Counted from the first letter of the stretch, positions 49,266 to 59,463 are shown. The stretch is DNA of 64,000 bases from Candidatus Omnitrophota bacterium (GCA_043826565.1 JBDRPX010000012.1:7974-71973), one strand, 5' to 3'. Notes: generated by a model from the sequence alone, not told the origin. Numbers and translations: made by a program.

Positions 49266-49458
49266 TGTTAAACCACGCATTTTTTTCGCTCGGGTACGAT
49301 TTTTCTAGCGAACGCTAAAAAATGTCTAAAAATCGTCTCCCGGCCTTAATGGGCTCGACGATTTTCTTAACGTCATTTTTTTGCTACGTAAGTCCCGCGA
49401 AGACGGGGAAATCGTAACTCGCTCAAAAATACATGGTTTAACAAATATTAGTATGCTT
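49266..49458 (+). ncRNA. Candidate structured ncRNA (~190 nt; long imperfect hairpin, 6S-like architecture?)
   Basis: Ends pair: TTGTTAAACCACG ... CATGGTTTAACAA. Internal helices TACGATTT/AAATCGTA, AAAAAATG/CATTTTTT and AAAATCGTC-loop-GACGATTTT. Identical CGCTC on both strands forms a bubble. Strand not determined. Confidence 0.25.
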
Positions 49459-49487
49459 GGACTATTGCGATTGAGAGGATTATTGAA

Positions 49488-50807
49488 ATGATAAAAAAAG
49501 CCATTGATTTTATAAAAACCGATATTTGGCGGATCCGCCTTAAAAAACTGCCCAAATCAAAATCGCTTCTGCTTAAACCCTTGATGATCATTATTCTGGC
49601 CTTGCGCAGTTTTGATGAGGATAAATGTCAGCTCCGGGCCTCGGCTTTAACTTATTATTCTCTGCTTTCGATTGTGCCTTTGGCGGCCATGGCTTTTGGT
49701 ATTGCGAAAGGATTTGGTTTTGAACAGGGATTGGAAACCGTGCTTTTGCAAAGGCTTCCCGGCCAGGAGGAAGTGGTTGCCCGGATTATTTCCTTTGCGC
49801 ATTCGCTGCTGGAGAATACTAAAGGCGGGATGATCGCCGGCATCGGAGTCGCGGTATTGTTCTGGACCGTGATTAAAGTTTTGGGGAATATTGAAAAATC
49901 TTTTAATGATATCTGGGGCATAAAAAAGCCGCGCAGTTTGGGCAGAAAATTCAGTGATTATCTTTCCATCATGCTGATCTGTCCCTTATTGCTGATTATC
50001 TCCAGCACCATGACCGTAGTCATCAGCAGTCAGGTTACGGTATTAATGGAAAAAATTGCATTATTAGGAATTTTCAGCCCGATGATTATGATCTTACTGA
50101 AAATCTTGCCGTATGTTGCGATCTGGATTTTATTTACATTTATATTTATTTTTATGCCTAATACAAAGGTATATTTTAAGTCCGGCCTTCTGGGCGGGAT
50201 TGCCGCGGGCACACTATATCAGGTAGTGCAATGGGCTTATATTAATTTTCAGATCGGCGTGGCAAAATTTAACGCTATTTATGGAAGCTTTGCCGCCTTG
50301 CCGTTATTTTTAGTCTGGGTGCAAATTAGCTGGCTGATTGTTTTATTGGGAGCGGAAATATCTTTTGCCCGCCAGAATCTGGAAACATATGAGCTCGAAC
50401 CTGACTGTTTAAAGGCAAGCTATAATTTTAAGAAAAAACTTACCTTGCAGATAATGCAGGTGCTGGTGAGGAATTTCTCTAAAGCAGAAAAACCGCAGAC
50501 AGCTGCGGAGATTTCTCATGAACTGGAAATCCCCATACGTCTTGTCCGCCAGCTGTTATATGACCTGGTTGAAGCTAATCTGGTTTCCGAGATAAAAGAA
50601 GAGGCGGATAAAGGAACCGCGTATCAGCCGGCACATACTACCAAAGGGCTAAAGATCAAAGATGTAATTGATGCTTTAGAGCATCGGGGAACCGAAGCTA
50701 TTCCGGTGGCAAGATCCAAAGCGCTGGAAAAGATTGAGGCTTCTTTAAAAACGCTTAGCCAGGCTGTGGAAAAATCTTCGGCAAATATCGAATTAGAGGA
50801 AATATAA
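49488..50807 (+). CDS. YihY/BrkB-family membrane protein with C-terminal winged-helix-like extension
   Basis: LRASALTYYSLLSIVPLAAMAFGI YihY signature and six TM helices. About 130 extra C-terminal residues. Confidence 0.6.
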   Translation: MIKKAIDFIKTDIWRIRLKKLPKSKSLLLKPLMIIILALRSFDEDKCQLRASALTYYSLLSIVPLAAMAFGIAKGFGFEQGLETVLLQRLPGQEEVVARIISFAHSLLENTKGGMIAGIGVAVLFWTVIKVLGNIEKSFNDIWGIKKPRSLGRKFSDYLSIMLICPLLLIISSTMTVVISSQVTVLMEKIALLGIFSPMIMILLKILPYVAIWILFTFIFIFMPNTKVYFKSGLLGGIAAGTLYQVVQWAYINFQIGVAKFNAIYGSFAALPLFLVWVQISWLIVLLGAEISFARQNLETYELEPDCLKASYNFKKKLTLQIMQVLVRNFSKAEKPQTAAEISHELEIPIRLVRQLLYDLVEANLVSEIKEEADKGTAYQPAHTTKGLKIKDVIDALEHRGTEAIPVARSKALEKIEASLKTLSQAVEKSSANIELEEI

Positions 50808-50833
50808 AGACAGGCTCTTAAGTTCAAAAAGCA

Positions 50834-50882
50834 TTGACAAAATCTTTTTTTTGTATATAATTCCTAGTAATATGGTAGGAAT
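50834..50882 (+). promoter_or_regulatory. Sigma70 promoter TTGACA-16-(TG)TATATAAT plus an overlapping imperfect palindrome (candidate Rrf2 operator)
   Basis: Read directly. The palindrome ATTCCTAG-TAATATG-GTAGGAAT starts at the -10 element. Confidence 0.45.
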
Positions 50883-50903
50883 GAAAAAGGGGGTAAAATA
50901 ATT

Positions 50904-51320
50904 ATGTGGAAATTATCGACTAAAGGAAGATACGGGTCGCGGTTAATGGTTGAGCTGGCGCTTAATTATGGTAAAGGCTCGATGCTTTTAAAAGATATCG
51001 CGCATCAGGAGGATATTTCCGAGGGGTATTTAGAGCATATAATCCCGCTCTTAAAAGCCGCCGGGCTTATTCATTCGGCCCGGGGAGCGCATGGCGGATA
51101 TGTTTTAGCCCGGCCTCCGGAGGCGATAACGCTTAAGGAGATTGTCCAGGCTTTAGAAGGTTCTTTAGCTCCGGTCGAATGTGTGGATACCCCATCTGTG
51201 TGTACGCGGACTAAGTGTTGTGTTACGCGCGATGTCTGGACAGAATTAAAAGACAGCATAACAAAGACATTGGAAAAAGTCAGTTTAAAAGATATGGTGG
51301 TTAAGCAAAAGAAAAAATAA
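50904..51320 (+). CDS. Rrf2-family transcriptional regulator (IscR/NsrR-like, Cys-containing)
   Basis: N-terminal wHTH KGRYGSRLMVELALNYGKGSMLLKDIA. Cys cluster CVDTPSVCTRTKCC typical of Fe-S-binding Rrf2 proteins. Confidence 0.8.
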   Translation: MWKLSTKGRYGSRLMVELALNYGKGSMLLKDIAHQEDISEGYLEHIIPLLKAAGLIHSARGAHGGYVLARPPEAITLKEIVQALEGSLAPVECVDTPSVCTRTKCCVTRDVWTELKDSITKTLEKVSLKDMVVKQKKK

Positions 51321-51386
51321 GAGATGAAAATTGATAATTGAAAGTTGGAATTAATATTTTACAATATTCAAAATAAGGAGAGAGAG

Positions 51387-52214
51387 ATGGTTAAGTTTGC
51401 CAGTGTTTCCGAGAGTCAGGTTACCAATGCGATTGTGAAGGATTTTTGTGAAAAGTTGACTAATCATACCCAGACTGAAGTGGTTATCGTCGGCGGCGGA
51501 CCAAGCGGTTTGATCGCCGGAAGAGATTTAGCAAGAGCCGGAGTTAAGGTTTTAATTATTGAAAGTAATAATTATCTTGGCGGCGGGTTTTGGATCGGCG
51601 GGTATTTAATGAACGGAGTTACTTTTCGGGAACCGGCTAATGAAGTTCTTGATGAATTAGGAGTGCCTTATAAAAAAGCAGATGAGGGTCTTTATATCGC
51701 GCCCGGGCCGCATGCGTGTTCTAAGCTTATTGCCAGCGCTTGTGATGCCGGAGTAACAATTATTAATATGACCAGGTTTGATGATGTTGTGCTGCGAGAA
51801 GGAAACCGTGTTGCCGGAGTTGTAATCAACTGGACCCCGGTTGCGGCTTTACCCAGAGCAATTACTTGTGTTGACCCAGTGGCGATCGAGGCAAAGATCG
51901 TTATTGACGCTACCGGACATGACGCTTCTGTCGTACAGACTTTGGTCAATCGTGATCTCATGAAAATTAAGGGATTTAGCGGTATGTGGGTAGATAAATC
52001 CGAGGATATGGTAGTCGAGAAGACTCAGGAAGTGTATCCGGGATTAGTTGCCACTGGAATGTCGGTGGCGACGGTGTTTGGAACTCCGCGGATGGGTCCG
52101 ACTTTTGGCGGCATGTTACTTTCCGGCAGAAAAGCCGCGGTTGTTGTGCAGGATATTCTTTCCGGGAAAACAAAAGGCGCGACTGTAGATGGCTTAGTTA
52201 AAGAAGCCCGCTGA
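51387..52214 (+). CDS. thi4: Thi4-family thiazole synthase
   Basis: FAD-binding [14 protein letters not shown] plus Thi4-type core. RBS AAGGAGAG. The track ORF starts at 51345, but ATG 51387 has the better RBS. Confidence 0.75.
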   Translation: MVKFASVSESQVTNAIVKDFCEKLTNHTQTEVVIVGGGPSGLIAGRDLARAGVKVLIIESNNYLGGGFWIGGYLMNGVTFREPANEVLDELGVPYKKADEGLYIAPGPHACSKLIASACDAGVTIINMTRFDDVVLREGNRVAGVVINWTPVAALPRAITCVDPVAIEAKIVIDATGHDASVVQTLVNRDLMKIKGFSGMWVDKSEDMVVEKTQEVYPGLVATGMSVATVFGTPRMGPTFGGMLLSGRKAAVVVQDILSGKTKGATVDGLVKEAR

Positions 52215-52226
52215 AAATTATAATTA

Positions 52227-53048
52227 ATGAAAAAACAGAAAACTAATAGTTTAAAACAATCATTAGCTTCAATGGGAAGCGTGCTTATCGCATACTCCGG
52301 CGGAGTGGATAGTACTTTTTTGCTTAAGGTCGCCAAAGATGTATTGGGTGATAATGTTTTGGCGGTCACCGCGGTTTCCGATACTTATCCTATTTATGAA
52401 CTTGAAGAAGCAAAGCGAATAGCAAAAATGTTGGAGGTTAAGCATATTATTATTGAAACCGATGAGCTGGCTATCGGAAATTTTGCTGAAAATTCTTCCC
52501 AGCGGTGTTATTGGTGCAAACAGGAACTTTTTCAGCAGCTAAATAGGATTGCCCAGAAGTGCTTATTGAGCAATGTTCTCGATGGAACAGTTTCTGATGA
52601 TATTGATGATTACCGGCCGGGAAGAAAAGCCGCGGTTGAGTTAGGCGTTAAAAGCCCGCTTAAAGAATCCGGATTTTTAAAAAAGGAGATAAGAGAACTT
52701 TCTCGGGAATTTGGTTTGCCGACATGGGATAAACCAACATGTGCGTGTTTGGCGAGCCGTTTTCCTTACGGAGTTAAGATAACCCGGGATAAGCTTGCTA
52801 TGGTGGATAATGCCGAATGTTTTTTAAGAGTTTTGGGGATTAAGCAGGTGCGGGTGAGGCATCATGATACAATCGCGCGTATTGAAGTAGAGAAAAAGGA
52901 TATATCAGTTATTTTGGCAGAAAAAACAAGAGATGAAATTGTATCGTTTTTTAAAGAGCTGGGATATTCCTATATAACTGTTGATTTACAGGGGTATCGA
53001 ACCGGCAGTCTTAATGAAGTTCTACGAGTAAATGATCGGGAGATGTAG
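52227..53048 (+). CDS. PP-loop ATP pyrophosphatase, LarE-like (TIGR00268-type) sulfur transferase
   Basis: PP-loop SGGVDS. Cys motifs CYWCK and CAC. About 270 aa. Confidence 0.6.
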   Translation: MKKQKTNSLKQSLASMGSVLIAYSGGVDSTFLLKVAKDVLGDNVLAVTAVSDTYPIYELEEAKRIAKMLEVKHIIIETDELAIGNFAENSSQRCYWCKQELFQQLNRIAQKCLLSNVLDGTVSDDIDDYRPGRKAAVELGVKSPLKESGFLKKEIRELSREFGLPTWDKPTCACLASRFPYGVKITRDKLAMVDNAECFLRVLGIKQVRVRHHDTIARIEVEKKDISVILAEKTRDEIVSFFKELGYSYITVDLQGYRTGSLNEVLRVNDREM

Positions 53049-53055
53049 TTTTTGC

Positions 53056-54123
53056 ATGAAACAGAAGGTTTTAGCAGCAATGAGCGGCGGGGTAGATTCA
53101 TCGGTCGCTGCTTTTTTATTAAGTGAGCAGGGATTAGAAGTTGTTGGCGTTACGATGTGTCTGGGGCTCAAGGATCCATTGGATAATAAAACCCATTGCT
53201 GTGGGATGCAGGCAATAGAAGACGCGAAAAAAGTTTGTTTGAAATTGAAAATCCCGCATTATGTGATGGATTTTTCCGAGGAATTAGAACAGAAAGTTAT
53301 CCGGCGCTTTATCGCGGAATATTCCGAAGGCCGGACTCCGAACCCTTGTATAGATTGTAATCGATATTTGAAATTTGGAATTCTGTTAAATAAAGCCCGG
53401 GCCATGGGATTTGATTATATTGCTACCGGACATTACGCGAAAATCGAAAAAGAAGGTGAAGAAGTTTTTTTAAAAATACCTAAAGACCAAAAAAAAGACC
53501 AGACTTATTTTCTTTATCAAATAACCCGGGAAAATTTAAAATATATTCTTTTTCCTTTGTCAGATTTGACAAAAGATCAAGTTAGGGGTATTGCCAGGAA
53601 ACAGAATTTGGCAGTTGCGGATAAACCGCAAAGCCAGGATATATGTTTTGTCCCGGAGAAGAAATATAAAAAGTTTATACTGGACAGAGGAATTCACCCG
53701 TGCCCCGGGCATATACTGGATTTAGAAGGCAATATTTTGGGGAAGCATGAAGGGGTAAGTTTTTATACTATTGGACAGAGAAAGGGTTTAGGCGTAAGTG
53801 CTGGTGCGCCGCAGTATGTTGTGCGGATAGACGCGGGGAGAAATATTATTATTTTAGGTAATAAAGACGATTTAAAATCAAAAGGTTTTATTGCCGGGGA
53901 TATTAATTTTTTTACTGATAATATACCGGAGAAAAGTTTTGTTAAGATTAGATATAGCCAAACACAAGCAAGGTGCCGCATTTCTTGTTTTGCAGATAAA
54001 TTGTTTGTGATTTTTGAAAAAAGACAAGAGGCAGTAACTCCCGGACAGGCGGCGGTATTTTATGATAATGATACTGTTTTGGGAGGAGGAGTAATTGAGG
54101 AGGTATTTAATGGATATAATTAA
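53056..54123 (+). CDS. mnmA: tRNA-specific 2-thiouridylase MnmA (CxxC...C, Fe-S-type)
   Basis: PP-loop AMSGGVDSS. NPCIDCNRYLKF. ATGHYA. DQTYFLY. SQDICF. Confidence 0.85.
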   Translation: MKQKVLAAMSGGVDSSVAAFLLSEQGLEVVGVTMCLGLKDPLDNKTHCCGMQAIEDAKKVCLKLKIPHYVMDFSEELEQKVIRRFIAEYSEGRTPNPCIDCNRYLKFGILLNKARAMGFDYIATGHYAKIEKEGEEVFLKIPKDQKKDQTYFLYQITRENLKYILFPLSDLTKDQVRGIARKQNLAVADKPQSQDICFVPEKKYKKFILDRGIHPCPGHILDLEGNILGKHEGVSFYTIGQRKGLGVSAGAPQYVVRIDAGRNIIILGNKDDLKSKGFIAGDINFFTDNIPEKSFVKIRYSQTQARCRISCFADKLFVIFEKRQEAVTPGQAAVFYDNDTVLGGGVIEEVFNGYN

Positions 54124-55033
54124 AAGGATCAACGCTCTTAAAAAAGAAAAAAACGCGGTAATCCTGGCACATAATTATCAATTGCCGGAAGTCCAGGATA
54201 TCGCCGATTATATCGGTGATTCCCTGGGGTTAAGCCGGCAGGCAGCGGATACAGACGCGGATGTAATTGTTTTTTGCGGAGTGCGGTTTATGGCGGAAAC
54301 AGCCAAGATCCTTTCTCCGGAAAAAACAGTATTGATCCCGGATATCAAGGCGGGGTGTCCCATGGCGGATATGATCACTGCCGAGCAGCTGCGCGAAGCA
54401 AAAGCCAGGAATCCGCAAGCGAAAGTATTATGTTATGTAAACACCTCTGCGGAAGTAAAGGCGGAAAGCGATCTATGCTGTACTTCGGCAAACGCGATTA
54501 ATATGGTTCAAGATGTTTTAGTGAATAATGAAGAAATACTATTTGTCCCGGACAAATATCTGGCCCGCTATACAGCTCAGTGTACCGGCCGGGAGTTTAT
54601 TTTTTGGCATGGGTATTGTCCGACCCATGTAAAAATTTTAGCGGAAGATATTCTCAGGCAAAAGCAGCTGCATCCGGAAGCGGAAGTAATGGTGCATCCG
54701 GAATGTAATGCCGAAGTATGCGGATTGGCAGATGCGGTCTTGTCAACCGGAGGCATGAGTAAATATGCCAGAGAATCTGCGGCGCGAGAATTTATCGTTG
54801 GAACGGAAAACGGGATGATTTATCCTTTACGCAAGGACAATCCCGGTAAAAAGTTTTACCCTGCCTCACTCCGGGCGATATGCCCCAATATGAAACTTAC
54901 TACATTAGAAAAAGTGCTGCATGCGCTTGAATATAATGAGCATGAAATTACTGTCCCCGAACATATCCGCGTTCCGGCCAAAGAGGCTATCGAGGCTATG
55001 CTTAACGGCGGAGAATTAGTTTTAAGTAAGTAG
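54110..55033 (+). CDS. nadA: Quinolinate synthase NadA
   Basis: RBS GAGGAGG. ILAHNYQLPEVQDIADYIGDSL and Cys ligands consistent with NadA. Confidence 0.8.
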   Translation: MDIIKRINALKKEKNAVILAHNYQLPEVQDIADYIGDSLGLSRQAADTDADVIVFCGVRFMAETAKILSPEKTVLIPDIKAGCPMADMITAEQLREAKARNPQAKVLCYVNTSAEVKAESDLCCTSANAINMVQDVLVNNEEILFVPDKYLARYTAQCTGREFIFWHGYCPTHVKILAEDILRQKQLHPEAEVMVHPECNAEVCGLADAVLSTGGMSKYARESAAREFIVGTENGMIYPLRKDNPGKKFYPASLRAICPNMKLTTLEKVLHALEYNEHEITVPEHIRVPAKEAIEAMLNGGELVLSK

Positions 55034-55104
55034 GTTATTGCCAGCGTCCAATCCAAGTGATACAATTAAAAGCATAATAACCTTAACTAAAGGGAGGAAG
55101 AGGT

Positions 55105-56088
55105 ATGCATGCTAATGAATTTTTTGAACGTTTATTCAGCAAAAAATTATCCCGTAAAGAATTTTTAAAAATAATATTTTCCGGAGCTGGGGTGCTGGCG
55201 ACAGAGAATTTTTTTGCAAAAGCAGCTAATGCTTTGTTCAGTCCGCCGGATTATTTTGGAAGGAAAAAACAGCAGCTTCAAGGCGCGTATGATCTGGTAG
55301 TTGCCGAAGGCGAAGACCCGGGGAAGATGGTCGCGGCGGCTCTGGAAGCTATGGGCGGAATGGAGAAGTTTGTTAAATCCGGAAGCACAGTATTGATCAA
55401 GCCTAATATTGCCTGGGACAGAACTCCGGAACAGGCGGCAAATACAAATCCTGATGTAGTCGCAGCGCTGGTGGAGCTTTGTTTTAAAGCCGGAGCAAAA
55501 AGAGTAAATGTTTTTGACAATCCCTGTAATGACGCCCGGAGCACTTATTTAAACAGCGGGATCCAACAGGCCGCGAAAGACCGCGGAGCAAATGTTTTCT
55601 TCCCTAATAAATGGAATGTGGTTACGGCTAAGTTTAAATACGAAAGCGAAATGGCGGACTGGGCTATTTTTCGGGAAGCTGTAGAATGTGATACCTTTAT
55701 CAATGTCCCGGTTTTAAAGCATCACCGGCTTACGGGATTAACGCTTTCGATGAAAAACCTGATGGGTATTTGCGGCGGTAATCGCGGGAATATCCATACC
55801 GGGATCGGGAAAAGACTGGTAGATCTAACTGATTTTATAAGCCCGGATCTAACGGTGATCGATGCTTATCGTGTTTTGGTAAGGAATGGCCCGGTTGGCG
55901 GAAATCTGGAAGATGTTGTGGCTATGAAGAAGCTGATCGTGGGAACAGATCCTACTCTTGCCGATACCTATGCCTGTAAGCTTATGAATATCGAGCCGTT
56001 ATCCGTTCCTTATATTGCTCATGCGGTAGAAAGAAATTTCGGCAGTATTAATATTGGTCAGGCTAATATTTTAAAAATAACCGCATGA
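55105..56088 (+). CDS. DUF362-domain protein (Tat-like N-terminus)
   Basis: LSRKEFLKIIFSGAGVLA signal. DUF362-like body commonly paired with ferredoxins. Confidence 0.5.
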   Translation: MHANEFFERLFSKKLSRKEFLKIIFSGAGVLATENFFAKAANALFSPPDYFGRKKQQLQGAYDLVVAEGEDPGKMVAAALEAMGGMEKFVKSGSTVLIKPNIAWDRTPEQAANTNPDVVAALVELCFKAGAKRVNVFDNPCNDARSTYLNSGIQQAAKDRGANVFFPNKWNVVTAKFKYESEMADWAIFREAVECDTFINVPVLKHHRLTGLTLSMKNLMGICGGNRGNIHTGIGKRLVDLTDFISPDLTVIDAYRVLVRNGPVGGNLEDVVAMKKLIVGTDPTLADTYACKLMNIEPLSVPYIAHAVERNFGSINIGQANILKITA

Positions 56089-57617
56089 AAAATAAAAAAT
56101 TAGTTTTTATCAGACTGGTTTCACAAATTGTTTTTTTCTTTGTTTTTGTGTATATTCTCTGGTCAACGACATATTCGCTTACCGGAAAGCTTCCTTCGGA
56201 ATTATTTTTTAAGATCGATCCTTTGCTCATGGTGATTACCGCGATAAGCGAACGGGTCTTATTGCCTGGTCTGATATTTTCTTTTATCATGCTGGGCCTG
56301 ACCTTGATCCTGGGAAGGTTTTTTTGCGGCTGGATCTGTCCTCTGGGTACGGCCATAGATTTTTTCGGCTGGCTGAATAAGAAAAAAGCTTTGGTGGATC
56401 CGGCGGTCAATCAGCGGGTTAGAAAAATTAAATTTTACATTCTGACCATTATTGCTGTCTTTGCGGTTTTCGGCATCCAGATCGCCTGGCTTTTTGATCC
56501 GATTGTCATCACCGGAAGATTTGTGTCGCTTAATCTTATTCCCTCTGTGACATTATTAATAGATAGTTTTTTTATTGCGATTATCCGCATGGTAAATCTT
56601 TATCAGCCGCTGCTTGATCTTTACCGCGTTTTACAGGAAAATATATTGGGGATAAAAGAAAGTTATTTTGCGCATGCCGGAGCTATTTTCGCGTTTTTTT
56701 TATTGGTTTGCGGAGTTTCCTTGCTTGTGTCCCGGTTATGGTGCCGGACACTTTGCCCCTTAGGAGCGCTTTATGCTTTTTTCAGCCGCGATGCCTTGCT
56801 CACCCGAAAGGTGGATGAATGTACTTTTTGCCATAAATGCAGCCGTCATTGCCGGATGAGGGCGATCAATAAAGATATGAGTTATGAAAAACAGGAATGC
56901 GTGTTATGCCTGGATTGTATATATGAATGCCCCTCAAGATCAACGCGTTTTGTTTTTCGGCGCGCAAAGGAAATAAAAAAAGGGGAAACTTCCTCCGGAG
57001 AAGGCGGTATTGTCCGCCGGGAGTTTTTGGTTTTAATGGCGGCTGCAGTTGGTGCGGTGTTTTTAAAAAGCAGAGGGAAAAAAAGAGAGGATGAACATAT
57101 CCGCGATGCGGTGCTTCTTCGTCCTCCGGCTGCGCTTAAAGAAGAAGAATTCTTAGCCCGCTGTATCCGCTGCGGTAACTGTATGAAAGTATGTCCGACC
57201 AATGCATTACAGCCGGTGATGATCGAATCCGGAGCAATGGCCATGTGGACCCCGCGCCTGGTTCCGGAAATCGGTTACTGCGAATATAATTGTACCTTAT
57301 GCCAGCAGGTGTGCCCCACGGGCGCGATCTCTAAAATATCTTTAGCGAAAAAACAGAAAATCAAGATCGGGATCGCTAAGATCAATAAAAAAACCTGCCT
57401 GCCCTGGGGAAAAAATAAAGAATGTATTGTCTGTGAAGAGCATTGTCCGGTGCCGGATAAAGCGATTAAAATTAAAGAAGAAATTATTGACGGCAAAGTA
57501 ATGCTGCGGCCGGAGATAGACGAAGACCTGTGTATCGGCTGCGCGATCTGCCAGACAAAATGTCCGGTGCGGCCGAGAGCAATTAGAACAGTACCGGAGA
57601 AAAGTGACCGGATGTAA
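56085..57617 (+). CDS. Membrane-bound polyferredoxin (NapH/MauN-like), multiple 4Fe-4S motifs
   Basis: Five or six TM helices. Motifs CTFCHKCSRHC, CVLCLDCIYECP, CIRCGNCMKVCP, CTLCQQVCP, CIVCEEHCP, CIGCAICQTKCP. Confidence 0.8.
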   Translation: MKNKKLVFIRLVSQIVFFFVFVYILWSTTYSLTGKLPSELFFKIDPLLMVITAISERVLLPGLIFSFIMLGLTLILGRFFCGWICPLGTAIDFFGWLNKKKALVDPAVNQRVRKIKFYILTIIAVFAVFGIQIAWLFDPIVITGRFVSLNLIPSVTLLIDSFFIAIIRMVNLYQPLLDLYRVLQENILGIKESYFAHAGAIFAFFLLVCGVSLLVSRLWCRTLCPLGALYAFFSRDALLTRKVDECTFCHKCSRHCRMRAINKDMSYEKQECVLCLDCIYECPSRSTRFVFRRAKEIKKGETSSGEGGIVRREFLVLMAAAVGAVFLKSRGKKREDEHIRDAVLLRPPAALKEEEFLARCIRCGNCMKVCPTNALQPVMIESGAMAMWTPRLVPEIGYCEYNCTLCQQVCPTGAISKISLAKKQKIKIGIAKINKKTCLPWGKNKECIVCEEHCPVPDKAIKIKEEIIDGKVMLRPEIDEDLCIGCAICQTKCPVRPRAIRTVPEKSDRM

Positions 57618-57718
57618 GCTTAAAAAACTATTTGACATATCCGGACATGTATCTTAAACTAGGGTAACTATCCAAATAAAACAATCCATAAAAAATAAAA
57701 TTAAAGGAGGAGTATAGT

Positions 57719-58465
57719 ATGAAGAAATTATTTATAGGATTTATTGTTGTCGTGATTTTGGCGGGTTTTGTTTTGCCGGCATTTGCCGAATATAAAGTGG
57801 TGCTTGATGTTACCGACTGGAAGAGTGAAACTTCCTTAGGCTATACCCGTGCTACCGGGAATACGCAAAACACCCAATTACTGGGATCTTTTGAGGCGGA
57901 GCGAAAAACCGATAAGGATCAGCTGACGGTTAAAGCGAACACTTTATATTCTTCTCAAAATAAAAAGATGGACGGACAAAAACATAATGGATCGATCCGC
58001 TATGGTTTTGATTTCTGGTCGGATCAGTGGTATGGCTTTATGAAGTTTGAAGCTGAGCATGATAAATTCGCGAATATTGATTACAGGCTGCTTCCTTCGG
58101 CTGGTGCGGGTTACTGGTTTTCCGATACCGAGGAATGGAAAGCTTTAGCTGAACTTGGTCTTGGTCTTGAACACACGGAATATTCGAATGGCGCGAAAGA
58201 AAGCACGGATGTTGTGCTAATCCCGCGCGCGTTTGCGGAAAAGAAAGTATTTACCGATTCCACTCTTTCTCAGGAAGTTATATTTTATCCTAATCTTGAT
58301 GAAGGAGATCAATACCGTATGCGCGCGGAAACAAGGTTTACCAATCCCTTAAGCGAGGAAATGTCTTTACGCTGCAGTTTTATTGATGAATACAATTCAG
58401 ATCCGGCGGGTGATTCAAAGAAGAATGATACCCGTTTAGTTACATCTTTAGTTTATTCATTCTAA
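57719..58465 (+). CDS. DUF481 (YdiY-like) outer-membrane beta-barrel protein
   Basis: Signal peptide. GYTRATGNTQ ... YGFMKFEAEHDKFANIDYRLLPSAGAGYWF pattern. Confidence 0.5.
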   Translation: MKKLFIGFIVVVILAGFVLPAFAEYKVVLDVTDWKSETSLGYTRATGNTQNTQLLGSFEAERKTDKDQLTVKANTLYSSQNKKMDGQKHNGSIRYGFDFWSDQWYGFMKFEAEHDKFANIDYRLLPSAGAGYWFSDTEEWKALAELGLGLEHTEYSNGAKESTDVVLIPRAFAEKKVFTDSTLSQEVIFYPNLDEGDQYRMRAETRFTNPLSEEMSLRCSFIDEYNSDPAGDSKKNDTRLVTSLVYSF

Positions 58466-58487
58466 TTTAAAGATAAAAAATAATAAT

Positions 58488-58530
58488 AAAACGCCCGTTT
58501 TAATTACACAATAATGCGGGCGTTTTATAT
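58488..58530 (+). terminator. Rho-independent terminator
   Basis: AAAACGCCCG-loop-CGGGCGTTTT followed by a T-rich tract. Confidence 0.7.
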
Positions 58531-58556
58531 TTCTGATTTTCAGCCGGGACAAATTC

Positions 58557-58585
58557 TTGACAAAGACAGTCCCCCGTCGTATTAT
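58557..58585 (+). promoter_or_regulatory. Sigma70-like promoter TTGACA-17-TATTAT
   Basis: Read directly. Confidence 0.4.
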
Positions 58586-58612
58586 TAATGTGGCAATAAT
58601 AAATTTTAAGAT

Positions 58613-59392
58613 ATGAAAAAACAAGAAAATAGATATTTATACGGCCCGGTATCTTCCTGGCGTCTGGGCCGCTCACTAGGCATAGATGCTTTATCCGGCA
58701 AGAAAAAAAATTGCAGTTTTAACTGCGTTTACTGCCAGATCGGACGGGCAGCGCCTTGTCCGAAAAGAAGAAAAATATTTGTACCGACCAAGAAAATCAT
58801 TGATGAGCTGAAACGTTTTCCCCGGGTACCGATCGATTATCTTACCTTTTCCGGTATGGGCGAGCCGACACTGGCAAAGAATTTAGGACAGATCATAAAA
58901 CATATCCGCAAAATCCGCCGGGAAAAAATAGCGGTAATAACCAATTCCTCATTAATTGATAATGCGCAAGTGCGTAAGGAAATTAAATTAGCCGACCTTG
59001 TCATGGCTAAGCTTGATTGCTGCGGCCCGGAATTATTAAACAAAGTAAATCATCCGGTTGGTTCGGTTACCTTTGATAAAATGGTCAGGGGGTTAAAAAA
59101 ACTCCGGAGTGAATATAAAGGAAAACTGGCTTTGCAGATAATGTTTGTAAAGGAAAATAAAAAATTCGCTTCCCGCATTGCCGAGATAGCTAAAGATATT
59201 GCACCGGATGAAGTACAGATCAATACCCCTTTGCGAAAAAATAAATGCGCGCCTTTATCAAAGCAGGAAATCGCCGAGATTAAAAAATTTTTCCACGGGT
59301 TTAATATTGTCAGTGTTTATGATCAGAAGCGGAAGAAAACTAAACCCATAAGCAGTAAAGAAACAGTGCGCCGCCGGGGGCAGAAAGACTGA
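58613..59392 (+). CDS. Small radical SAM protein
   Basis: CSFNCVYCQ (CxxxCxxC) near the N-terminus after YGPVSSWRLGRSLGID. Confidence 0.7.
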   Translation: MKKQENRYLYGPVSSWRLGRSLGIDALSGKKKNCSFNCVYCQIGRAAPCPKRRKIFVPTKKIIDELKRFPRVPIDYLTFSGMGEPTLAKNLGQIIKHIRKIRREKIAVITNSSLIDNAQVRKEIKLADLVMAKLDCCGPELLNKVNHPVGSVTFDKMVRGLKKLRSEYKGKLALQIMFVKENKKFASRIAEIAKDIAPDEVQINTPLRKNKCAPLSKQEIAEIKKFFHGFNIVSVYDQKRKKTKPISSKETVRRRGQKD

Positions 59393-59463
59393 TCTTAACC
59401 GGCCAGCTTTTTTATGTAACTAGCTTATGATTAAGGTGTTAGGCGATGGAGCTATTTGACTTT

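Noticed and set aside
51320-51386. TPP riboswitch upstream of thi4
   Set aside because: No CUGAGA / pyrimidine-sensing helix motifs. The region is a short AT-rich promoter block instead.
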